Below the pieces are notes generated by a model. That model was not told the DNA's origin, did not search any database, and was given only the letters and a program-made list of their open reading frames with translations. From positions 300,001-332,000 of the forward strand of contig NC_010631.1 of assembly GCF_000020025.1 (NCBI RefSeq): a DNA stretch of 32,000 nt, given 5' to 3'. The position numbers were made by a program, and so were the translations under genes. Positions 24,901 through 31,842 of this stretch are shown piece after piece (positions within the stretch are counted from its first letter, which is position 1; each line of letters starts with the position of its first letter). The DNA is from Nostoc punctiforme PCC 73102. GTDB lineage: Bacteria > Cyanobacteriota > Cyanobacteriia > Cyanobacteriales > Nostocaceae.

Positions 24901-24989
24901 TCCTGGTGACTTCTACGAATGAGATTTTGGCAACGCTGACTGGCATTAATACTACGACGCTGACTGCTGTTAATTTCGTCACGCTTTAA
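21984..24989 (+). CDS. RTX-type calcium-binding repeat protein (1001 aa)
   Basis: Dozens of GGxGxDxL/I nonapeptides (GGAGNDTLIGGAGNDTL and similar), several layers of internal duplication, and a C-terminal uncleaved secretion-signal-like tail (ILATLTGINTTTLTAVNFVTL). Confidence 0.9.
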   Translation: MANIIGTNGNDTLVGSYEADTINGEAGNDTITGNEGDDTLTGGGGKDQFVYNYYTGIDIITDFGGIGKGVNPSAGVIAEVDTLQFQGAALTDRNMLLTQNGKNLEITFENVLDSKVILENFALENLENLSKSTGASVDLGNIEFDGQTSITDSFDVFNANSTQSTIFNKNTVTFLNDLSNNVSGFDNSDDVINGQGGNDRIDGLSGDDILRGGAGNDTLIGGAGNDTLIGYQGNNALIGDIGEDYLNVDTSTGDNTLNGGIGDDTLNARGTTGNNSLSGGDGNDYLSTSSFPIYSGYSYIASSSNNTLDGGAGNDTLNAESPSGDNLLSGGDGNDYLSTSGTKSDNGQLNFTSEGNNTLDGGAGDDRLYADISTGNNLLSGGDGNDTLSTSGTYTRNSFIVPSSGNNTLNGGAGDDYLYASASTGSNFFSGGDGNDSFSLSTISSDGSPSNSYLVTQTVDGGKGDDLLSFNLLPFHDSDSNVAGGIITTFNPTTNKGTITAGTYGVNYKNIEKLNISGTADDDLILGSNGNDTLSTGNGGKDTIDGGKGDDVISIDYSNATSKIITTFNATTNTGLITAGTYQISYKNIERLNITGTAYDDNILGNNGNDTLSTGSGGNDTINGGQGDDILSVDYYTNTTGITTTYNTTTNAGVITAGSNRVSYKNIERLDISGTVSDDYIIGNNGNDTLSGGYDGNDTIIGGAGNDVVIGGKGNDILTGGVGNDKFVYDLLESNYDTGTDIITDFGGIGKDSNPSQAVIASLDTLEFIDNSGFRLFSAQNLQLTQNGNNLEITFEDLFNSSNSKVILQNFQLENLDGENILFPGQTTITNSIDVFDANSTQTSLLNKNTVTFLNDLNNNITGFDNSNDVVNGQGGDDIINGLSGNDLLRGNAGNDTLIGGAGNDTLYGGAGNDLLYGGAGSDILTGDNGNDIFAFAAGEGTDTITDFTKNNDLIGLYGGLSFGQLSFSGNNILVTSTNEILATLTGINTTTLTAVNFVTL

Positions 24990-25033
24990 TGATCTCGATT
25001 TATGCAACGCCGACCTTAGTTGCATGAATCTGC

Positions 25034-25065
25034 AACTTTGATGCAGGTCGATGCATCAAAGTTGT
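25034..25065 (+). terminator. 13-bp perfect hairpin downstream of the RTX gene
   Basis: CAACTTTGATGCA (25034-25046) pairs with TGCATCAAAGTTG (25053-25065) across a 6-nt loop. A smaller hairpin ATGCAAC/GTTGCAT lies at 25003-25026. The U-tract is weak. Confidence 0.5.
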
Positions 25066-25110
25066 ACCTAAGTTGCAAAAATGAGCTTACTTCTTTAACC
25101 TTGTTTAATC

Positions 25111-25240
25111 CTAGAGTGGCAAAGCTAGCTAGAGAAAAAACTTAAACGTAGTAAATTCGTTATTATTGAAAATTTTGGTTTACCTATTTACGCATACTTC
25201 AATCATTAAAAATCTACTCTAGCAACTTTTACCACTCTAG
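25111..25240 (+). mobile_element. 130-bp MITE-like element, copy B
   Basis: Same orientation as copy A and 121/130 identical to it. Terminal inverted repeats are CTAGAGTGGCAAAGCTAGCTAGAG / CTCTAGCAACTTTTACCACTCTAG. The flanks GTTTAATC and CTTTTCTC are not a clean duplication. Confidence 0.6.
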
Positions 25241-25251
25241 CTTTTCTCACC

Positions 25252-26304
25252 TCACGGGCATCCGGGCATTATCATAAATTCTTGTAGTTCTGCGATGGCT
25301 ATGCCCGCCGCAGGCATCGCAGAATTTAGAGATTTTTCATTTTGGGCGACGGACGCGGCGAAACTTTCACCCTCATGATCCGCTTTCATTTCTACACCCG
25401 AAACTGAATTTTCAGTCATCAACTCAGCAGAGGGGCAACTCGGTTCTATTTTCTGATCTGCGATCGCTGGAGTTGAAGAAAATTCATTTTCGGCAACGGG
25501 CGCGGCGGAATCAGTGCCTTCATGAGGGAATATCGCTTCAACGCCAGAGACTTGGTTCTCTGCCAACAGCGAAGCAGATTCACCCTGTACAGCTTCCACA
25601 AGCGCCAGCGATGTACAGTCATTCGCCGTAGGCGAGTCTTCCTCATTCTCTGACACGCCCTCGACAGTCTGAGGCGAAGCGCCCCCCAAGGGCGCGTGAG
25701 CCGTCTTCTCAACTTGCAAAATCTCATTTAGCGTGTCAGAGACACAGCTAACGAACTCTTCAAAAGAGTTCGTTAGCTGTTCCTGAATAGTTCGTGAGGG
25801 TTTTTGAAACCCTTGCTCTGACTGGTCTTTAGCTAAAATAGACGCTTTATACAAAGCACGTATTTCTTCAGAGCCAGCATCTATCTCTGAATCCCCAGCA
25901 TTTGGTTCTTGTTTTAGAGAATCTGGTTCTTGCTTTTCAGCATTAGCTTTCTCCCAAAATTCCTTCATCCGGCTACCATGCAAATTCTTCACCATCCAGC
26001 TAGCCGTTTCTCGGCCATCCTCTATGGACTTGTCGGGCTTGAAGATGAATAGCCCACTGTCGGAGAGAATTTTCTTCGCAGAGATAAAAGTAATGTAACC
26101 CATCGGAGTAGAAAGGGGCATCCACCGAGAACCATAAGGGTCAGCCGTCCAGCATTCCTGCCATAGCTGATTAACTGATGGTTTTTGCTGCGATGCCCAG
26201 AGCATATCTTCGATGGGGATAATCACATGAAGTCTTTTATATGGGGATTCCTTTTTACTAGCAGCAGCCTTTTTCGGTTTGGGACGAGTAATAGTTGCAG
26301 TCAT
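25252..26304 (-). CDS. hypothetical protein with basic N-terminus and acidic, internally repeated C-terminal half
   Basis: AGGAG lies 8 nt upstream of ATG 26304. There are two ~32-aa repeats (LLAENQVSGVEAIFPHEGTDSAAPVAENEFS and LMTENSVSGVEMKADHEGESFAASVAQNEKS). No family recognised. Confidence 0.6.
   Translation of the reverse strand: MTATITRPKPKKAAASKKESPYKRLHVIIPIEDMLWASQQKPSVNQLWQECWTADPYGSRWMPLSTPMGYITFISAKKILSDSGLFIFKPDKSIEDGRETASWMVKNLHGSRMKEFWEKANAEKQEPDSLKQEPNAGDSEIDAGSEEIRALYKASILAKDQSEQGFQKPSRTIQEQLTNSFEEFVSCVSDTLNEILQVEKTAHAPLGGASPQTVEGVSENEEDSPTANDCTSLALVEAVQGESASLLAENQVSGVEAIFPHEGTDSAAPVAENEFSSTPAIADQKIEPSCPSAELMTENSVSGVEMKADHEGESFAASVAQNEKSLNSAMPAAGIAIAELQEFMIMPGCP
25291..25320 (-). 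repeat. short dispersed repeat copy (GCGATGCCTGCGGCGGGCATAGCCATCGCA on the minus strand), inside a CDS
   Basis: Encodes MPAAGIAIA near the C-terminus of the 350-aa protein. Confidence 0.55.
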
Positions 26305-26426
26305 TGTACAATCTCCTGTTTATGTTGACGCACGGAATTTTCCCTACAGCGTTGTTTACCGCCTTCGGCATCGCAGGGTTTAGTTCGATATTTGTTCGTC
26401 TAAAAAGTTACCGATACACTGGAAAC

Positions 26427-27416
26427 CTATTGAGCTTGCCAGAATCGCAATTCATCTCGAAAGTACCTCTCAGTCTTCTTTGAGCGCTCTTTCCAACAAT
26501 CCCAGGCAACCAGGAACTCTTCGCCTAAATCCTCTACAACTTCACCCCTCTCGACATACAAAGTGCGGTATGGATCAGCGTGGGCAACGATAGAACCAAG
26601 CCCGATTGTGTCCGGTTGAGAGGATGTGTTCTGGAGAGCAGTAATTAAATCAGTCTCTTGGGTTGTTAATTCCGCCCAGTAGTCCTGTTTGATTACCTCA
26701 TACTCTTGCGCTACTGCCCAAAACTCTTGCCACATACACCCCGGTTTAACTAGCACTGCCCTAATGTCGCTAACTGCCTGGGGTAGCATTTCCAGTTGTT
26801 CGGCTCGGTAAGCAATCGCTTCAGGAGTCGGACTACTGCCCAGAATTATCGCTGCGGCTTCGAGCGCTTGAGTGCTGTTCATGGCACTGGCAAGGTTTTT
26901 CAGTGCCATACCCATCAAGCGCAGACATTCTTGGGCGTTCTCTTTGGGTGGTTCAGCAGCTAGCGATCGCAGATCAATGGTTTTCTCTAGGGCAAGTTTG
27001 ACCTGCTTGTTCAAAGCTTTAGTCGCTTGCTGGGTCATGGTATTTCCCCATTGTTGTGAAGGATGTTGCTTTACAGCGTTTTCCAAATCTTGAATACGCT
27101 GTCTAAGCTGTTGGTTCTCAGTCTCCAACTGCCGTAATGATTCCATCTCATCCAATCGCTGCTGCAATTGAACGTTTTGCTCCCTTTGCTGCTTGTACAG
27201 GTTTTGCAAGGATGAGATTTGCTCTTGTACCTGGGCTTCGGCTTTAGCTCCTGCTTCTGCCTGTAGCCCAACTCTCAATTCCTGGGAAAGTCGCTCTAGT
27301 TCCTGTTTATGGCGTTCTTCAATAGCAGCGATCGCTTCGGTATATTCTGGTGAATATTTACGCTCTCTGGTAAAGGGAACGCTGGGTGCATCTAAATCAG
27401 CATTGTTGATCAACAA
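26427..27416 (-). CDS. hypothetical coiled-coil protein
   Basis: 329-aa ORF with a TTG start in the track. A Q/E/L-rich heptad-like segment runs over aa ~30-115 (QELERLSQELR...QNVQLQQRLDEMESLRQLETENQQLRQRIQDLENAV). Confidence 0.55.
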   Translation of the reverse strand: MLINNADLDAPSVPFTRERKYSPEYTEAIAAIEERHKQELERLSQELRVGLQAEAGAKAEAQVQEQISSLQNLYKQQREQNVQLQQRLDEMESLRQLETENQQLRQRIQDLENAVKQHPSQQWGNTMTQQATKALNKQVKLALEKTIDLRSLAAEPPKENAQECLRLMGMALKNLASAMNSTQALEAAAIILGSSPTPEAIAYRAEQLEMLPQAVSDIRAVLVKPGCMWQEFWAVAQEYEVIKQDYWAELTTQETDLITALQNTSSQPDTIGLGSIVAHADPYRTLYVERGEVVEDLGEEFLVAWDCWKERSKKTERYFRDELRFWQAQ

Positions 27417-27728
27417 CCTCTCGCCATCAACAAAAGTGACAATCTGCTGCTAGCGATTTGGCGCGTCTGCTGAGATCACTCCCGACTCTCCATAACGGAA
27501 ATGTGAAAGGGAAGAAACAGTGACTAATCAGCAAATTAATTCATTCAAGCGAAAAATTGTTTTTAAACACTCAAATCGAGACGGAATAGGGCAAAAAGCG
27601 AGTATTTTGTAAATAAGCTTAAATTTGCTTAAACAAACTCTATCGTAAATTTACTGAGACTGCTATAGTCAGTCTGGAATCCTGTCTTATATATTTGTAG
27701 CTTTATATAGGTACTATCTAGATTAACC

Positions 27729-27890
27729 ATGATGCAGATTAGTATCACAGACGACCTGAAGAAACGCTTTCATGCTGCTTGTGCTTTGCGTGGGCTGAAG
27801 ATGAGTCATGTCGTAGTGGAGATGATTGAGCAGTGGCTGAAAACTAATGAGGTACAATCATCTTCTCAAGTTTCAAGTGTAAAGCATTAA
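27729..27890 (+). CDS. untracked 53-aa ribbon-helix-helix (CopG/ParG/Arc-like) protein
   Basis: MMQISITDDLKKRFHAACALRGLKMSHVVVEMIEQWLKTNEVQSSSQVSSVKH shows a beta-strand (QISITDDL), helix, G-turn, helix pattern typical of RHH. It is below the track cutoff. Confidence 0.5.
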   Translation: MMQISITDDLKKRFHAACALRGLKMSHVVVEMIEQWLKTNEVQSSSQVSSVKH

Positions 27891-28040
27891 ATCAAAAGGT
27901 AGCAGAGCTTGAAGTGAGGATGGCAACGATAGAAGCATTGATAAAAGTCAGCTAATTCGAGACTAGTTGAGAAATCTTATGTCAGCATAAATCCCCACAC
28001 CGAAACCTCAAAAAGAATTTTTTATTGAAAATTTGGCAAT

Positions 28041-28376
28041 ATGAAAATTGAAATCCAAGGAAAAGATGCGGTAAAAGCTACAGAGGAACTGTTAGCGATT
28101 GAGGGAATAGAGGGAAGCTATCAGACAATTGATGAAGTAGAACGGGAAGGAACAGTAGCCACAATTGCAACCATAATTGGGATTGTCAGTGGCACATTTG
28201 CGATCGCAGAGAGTCTCCACAAGTGGAAGGAAAAATACCAAAAATCGCTATACGACCCAACAGGTGCAAGGATTGAGAAAGTTTTGATTGTCACACCTGA
28301 TAATCATCGGCTGCTGCTCAAAGACGCAACAGTAGAGCAAATCCAAGCGATTTTGGAAAAATCTAAGAAAAAATGA
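28041..28376 (+). CDS. small single-pass membrane protein coupled to the CHAT-NTPase gene
   Basis: 111 aa with a central hydrophobic helix (VATIATIIGIVSGTFAIA). Its stop overlaps the start of the next gene in an ATGA at 28373-28376. Confidence 0.55.
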   Translation: MKIEIQGKDAVKATEELLAIEGIEGSYQTIDEVEREGTVATIATIIGIVSGTFAIAESLHKWKEKYQKSLYDPTGARIEKVLIVTPDNHRLLLKDATVEQIQAILEKSKKK

Positions 28377-31270
28377 AAATTCTCCACATCAGCTTGAAAG
28401 AGCAAGGCAAGGATTACGTTTCTCTGCGTTATTTTTGGGATAATCCTTCAGATTATAAAGAACATAAACTGTCTGTAGCTGAAATCAAGCAGTTGGGTGA
28501 TAGAGCAGAAACCGACTACTATACCCGCTTACCTGTAGATTATTCTGTTACTGGGCAAGCACTGTACAATTGGCTAGACAAAAGCGATCGCCTCTTAGCT
28601 AATGCCCTCAATCACCCCCATCAACAAGGATTAGTAATAGCGATCGCCACAGACAAGGGACTAGCTCATCTGCCTTGGGAACTGCTGCATGATGGCAAGT
28701 GCTTTTTGGTAGAGAAAACGCCTCCGATTATTCCGGTGCGTTGGATGTCCAATGGTCAACCAATAGTTACGGCTGATAATCCTCAAAATCGCCCTCTCAA
28801 TGTGCTATTTATGGCGACCTCGCCCTTGGGGGTTGAACCGGAATTGGATTATGAAGCAGAGGAAGGGAAGATTTTGTCGGCAACCAAGCGCACTCCCGTT
28901 AATCTGAGAGTAGAAGAAAGTGGCTGTTTAAATGAATTGAGTTATGTGGTTCGGGAATATGAGGCAGGATATTTTGATGTTTTTCATTTAACAGGCCACG
29001 CTACTGTTAATGATAAAACGCCCTGCTTTCTGACTGAAGATGAATATGGCAATCGAGTTGATAGCAGTACGGACGCGATCGCAAAAGCCATGATGTTTCG
29101 TTTACCTGCGTTAGTCTTCCTATCTGGTTGCCGTACAGGTTATTCGTCAGAGGGTGCAGTTCCTTCGATGGCAGAAAAACTACTCAGCATGGGCGCAACT
29201 GCTGTTATTGGTTGGGGTGAGCGAGTCAAAGATACTGATGCGACTGCTGCTGCTGGTCAATTGTATTGGGAGTTATCACAAGGAGGAACGCTAACACAAG
29301 CGATGGCTTCTACTTATCAAAAATCAATTGAGCAAAAAGTACCAGATTGGCATAAATTACGGCTGTATGCAGCAAATACTTTACCAGGAACGTTAGTAAC
29401 TTCATTAAGAACTCCGAGACGCAAGCAACTACCTAAACCGTCTAATGAAGTGGAGTTCAGAGATGATGAAAAACGCTTAAGGGTGACAACAAGAGAGAAC
29501 TTTGTTGGTCGTCGCCGTCAATTACAAAACTGTTTGCGGACTCTAAAAACAGATTTTGACAAAGTAGGGATCTTAATTCACGGTATGGGAGGATGGGGAA
29601 AGAGTAGTATTGCCTCTCGACTATGGGATAGGTTGCCTGAACATGAAAAGATTCTTTGGTGGCAACAAATTGATGAATCTTATTTAATTAAAAAACTAAA
29701 AGATAAATTAATTAATCCAAAGCAACTAGAATTAATACCTGATCTAGAAAATAGCAAAATCCCACTTAAATCTCGATTAATTTACTTGTTTACTCAATTA
29801 GCAGAAACAGGAGAAAAATCATTTCTCTTAATTCTGGATGATTTTGAATGGAATCTTGAACCCCGTGAAGGGCAATATGTTCTTAAAGCTGAAGTAGCCC
29901 CGATTCTAGAAGCTTTAGTACAAGCAATCCAATCAACAGGAACTAATAATAGAATTATTATTACCTGTCGTTATGATTTTGATTCTGACCTATTAGATTT
30001 TTTATATAAACAAGGTCTAGAACCATTTAAAAAAGCTGAGTTAACTAAAAAAGTTAGTCGCTTAGAAAATTTTAGCTCTGGCAAAATACCTGATAATTTA
30101 CGGGAACGAGCGTTAAATTTAGCAGATGGTAATCCTCGGTTATTGGAATTCCTCAATGATGAATTAAGCAATATAGATGTAGAAACGAGATTAACAAAAC
30201 TAGAACAAAGTCCTGAATTATGGAAAGCTCAAATTATTTGGGAGGAGCTATATCGGCTAATTGATGAGTTACTACAAAAGATTCTTAGCTATTGCTTAGT
30301 TTATGATATTCCTGTTCCAATGGTAGTTTTAGAAGCGGCTTGTGATCAGCTTCCTAATTATCAACAGCAATTACAAACGGGGCTAAAACTGGGACTGATA
30401 GAAGTCAGCCCCGAACCAGACGAATCCAAACGGCTTTATCGAGTTTCACGTATTATTACCCACATCATCCCCACTATCCGCCTCCCTGAAGCACCAAAAG
30501 TTTATTCTCTCTACCAGAAAGCTCATGAAAGATTACATCAATTGTGGGGGAATAAAGAAAACGAAAGCCAAGAAAAATGGCAAGAGATTTTTCGATTGAA
30601 GTTCGCTAACAAAGAAAATCCTGAACGATTCAGGCAAGGCTTTGATGAGATGTTGGCAGTTCAATGTAATTTAGAAGCCGATAAAGCTTTTGAATCCGAA
30701 TTGAGGAAAGTTGCCGATGACTTGGTAAAGGATGGACTATGTACTCAGTTGGAAAATTATCTTCAGCAGAAACAATGGCAAAAGGCAGATGAAGAAACTG
30801 CTTGGATTTTTTACCAAGTCATGGTTAAAGAAAACTACGAAGATTGGGAGGAACTGCTGAAGGATTTCCCCTGTGAAACTCTCCGGGAAATCAATAGGCT
30901 CTGGCTTATTAGCAGTAACAATAGATTTGGCATCAGCATCCAAGCGGAAATTTACCAGAGTTTAGGTAGTCCAAGATATGACGTAGTACAATGGGATGCG
31001 TTTGGTGAGCGTATAGGTTGGAAACAATTAGATTGGTTGAGCAATAATGAGTTAATGGAAAAGTTCGGAAAAAATGGCCAAGGAGTGGAGAATTTGCCAT
31101 CGCCGCCAGGGGCACTACCCGTTAAAATTTATACTCGTATTATTCTTCCCAAATTACTGCGGGGGGGTTCGTTTGAGTTATGGAGGGCTAGGGAGTGGGG
31201 GGGGTTTAAAGTTAGTGAGAGTGAAGGATTAATATTTCTCTTCTCTCGCGCCAAGACTTGTAGAGTGTAA
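28373..31270 (+). CDS. CHAT protease-like / NB-ARC-type STAND NTPase / GUN4 domain fusion protein
   Basis: CHAT His/Cys dyad context: FHLTGHA (His209) and LVFLSGCRTG (Cys253), then GATAVIGWGERVKD. NTPase: FVGRRRQL, Walker A GMGGWGKSS (aa 404-412), Walker B FLLILDDFE, GxP-like ADGNPRLLEFL. C-terminal GUN4 pattern: QWQKADEETAW...DFPCETLREINRLWLISSNNRFGISIQAEIYQSLG...WDAFGERIGWK (aa ~790-925). Confidence 0.9.
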   Translation: MKILHISLKEQGKDYVSLRYFWDNPSDYKEHKLSVAEIKQLGDRAETDYYTRLPVDYSVTGQALYNWLDKSDRLLANALNHPHQQGLVIAIATDKGLAHLPWELLHDGKCFLVEKTPPIIPVRWMSNGQPIVTADNPQNRPLNVLFMATSPLGVEPELDYEAEEGKILSATKRTPVNLRVEESGCLNELSYVVREYEAGYFDVFHLTGHATVNDKTPCFLTEDEYGNRVDSSTDAIAKAMMFRLPALVFLSGCRTGYSSEGAVPSMAEKLLSMGATAVIGWGERVKDTDATAAAGQLYWELSQGGTLTQAMASTYQKSIEQKVPDWHKLRLYAANTLPGTLVTSLRTPRRKQLPKPSNEVEFRDDEKRLRVTTRENFVGRRRQLQNCLRTLKTDFDKVGILIHGMGGWGKSSIASRLWDRLPEHEKILWWQQIDESYLIKKLKDKLINPKQLELIPDLENSKIPLKSRLIYLFTQLAETGEKSFLLILDDFEWNLEPREGQYVLKAEVAPILEALVQAIQSTGTNNRIIITCRYDFDSDLLDFLYKQGLEPFKKAELTKKVSRLENFSSGKIPDNLRERALNLADGNPRLLEFLNDELSNIDVETRLTKLEQSPELWKAQIIWEELYRLIDELLQKILSYCLVYDIPVPMVVLEAACDQLPNYQQQLQTGLKLGLIEVSPEPDESKRLYRVSRIITHIIPTIRLPEAPKVYSLYQKAHERLHQLWGNKENESQEKWQEIFRLKFANKENPERFRQGFDEMLAVQCNLEADKAFESELRKVADDLVKDGLCTQLENYLQQKQWQKADEETAWIFYQVMVKENYEDWEELLKDFPCETLREINRLWLISSNNRFGISIQAEIYQSLGSPRYDVVQWDAFGERIGWKQLDWLSNNELMEKFGKNGQGVENLPSPPGALPVKIYTRIILPKLLRGGSFELWRAREWGGFKVSESEGLIFLFSRAKTCRV

Positions 31271-31331
31271 CATATAAAGCTTTCACAAGTTTGTAAATAT
31301 TTATCACACCCTTATTTCCCAATAATCAGCA

Positions 31332-31800
31332 TTACGCGAAACCGATACCTGGCACTGGTGGCTGATAACAATTTTCCTGAATAAATTTTGCTGCTACCTC
31401 ATGCACCTCAGTACTCTCGGTTACTTGCTGCTTGTCCCAAGGTAAACTCATCTGTCCTGGTGATGACTTCTTTGCTTTCGCACCCTTCACTACTGATGGC
31501 AAAAAGCTTCTCCCCCAGTGATTTCGCAACTCTTGTTTTGCCTGTGGCCGATATTTTGACAAAACCACCGATACTTCGCCGCACATGCATAATTAATTTG
31601 GGGCAGGTCTTCTGGTTGTTGAGGCTCAAGTAGGTGGTAAGTATGATTGCTTATGATACACAGAGCGTAAAGTTTAAATCCATATTTCTGTTGTGCTTTT
31701 TTGATGTCATAAAGCAGGACTTCATGCAATACTGTTCAGTTAAGGGAAAATAGGTGGTGGAGTCAAGGAGAATTAGTTCGCGTGTTGTTTACGAGAACAA
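31332..31800 (-). pseudogene. decayed IS200/IS605-type (RAYT-like) Y1 transposase
   Basis: Three overlapping minus-strand ORFs in different frames read like consecutive pieces of one Y1 transposase. An example is AQQKYGFKLYALCIISNHTYHLLEPQQPEDLPQI, which matches the family pattern YG..L.AYC.MSNHVHLL.EP. At least two frameshifts are needed to join them, and the N-terminus is interrupted by stops. Confidence 0.55.
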
Positions 31801-31842
31801 AATTAACTAAAGAGTCTTCAACTCCCTTGTCATCCGTTAAGA

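Noticed and set aside
22142-24982. Alternative-frame and antisense ORFs within the RTX gene (22142-22561, 22230-22472, 22936-23304, 24630-24878, 24658-24846, 24731-24982)
   Set aside because: They are artefacts of the repetitive GGxGxD-coding DNA, which stays open in several frames.
10911-25240. The two 130-bp repeats as attL/attR of an integrated element or ends of a composite transposon
   Set aside because: Each copy has its own terminal inverted repeats and copy A has its own 8-bp duplication. The outer flanks (CATTTTTA and CTTTTCTC) do not match. No integrase or transposase lies between them. Independent MITE insertions explain this better.
25446-27453. ORFs 25446-25727, 26295-26483, 26872-27093, 27071-27271 and 27193-27453
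   Set aside because: They are shadow or overlapping frames of the two long minus-strand genes, or span an intergenic gap without signals.
29971-31115. Minus-strand ORFs inside the CHAT-NTPase-GUN4 gene
   Set aside because: They are antisense shadows in an AT-rich part of a motif-validated CDS.
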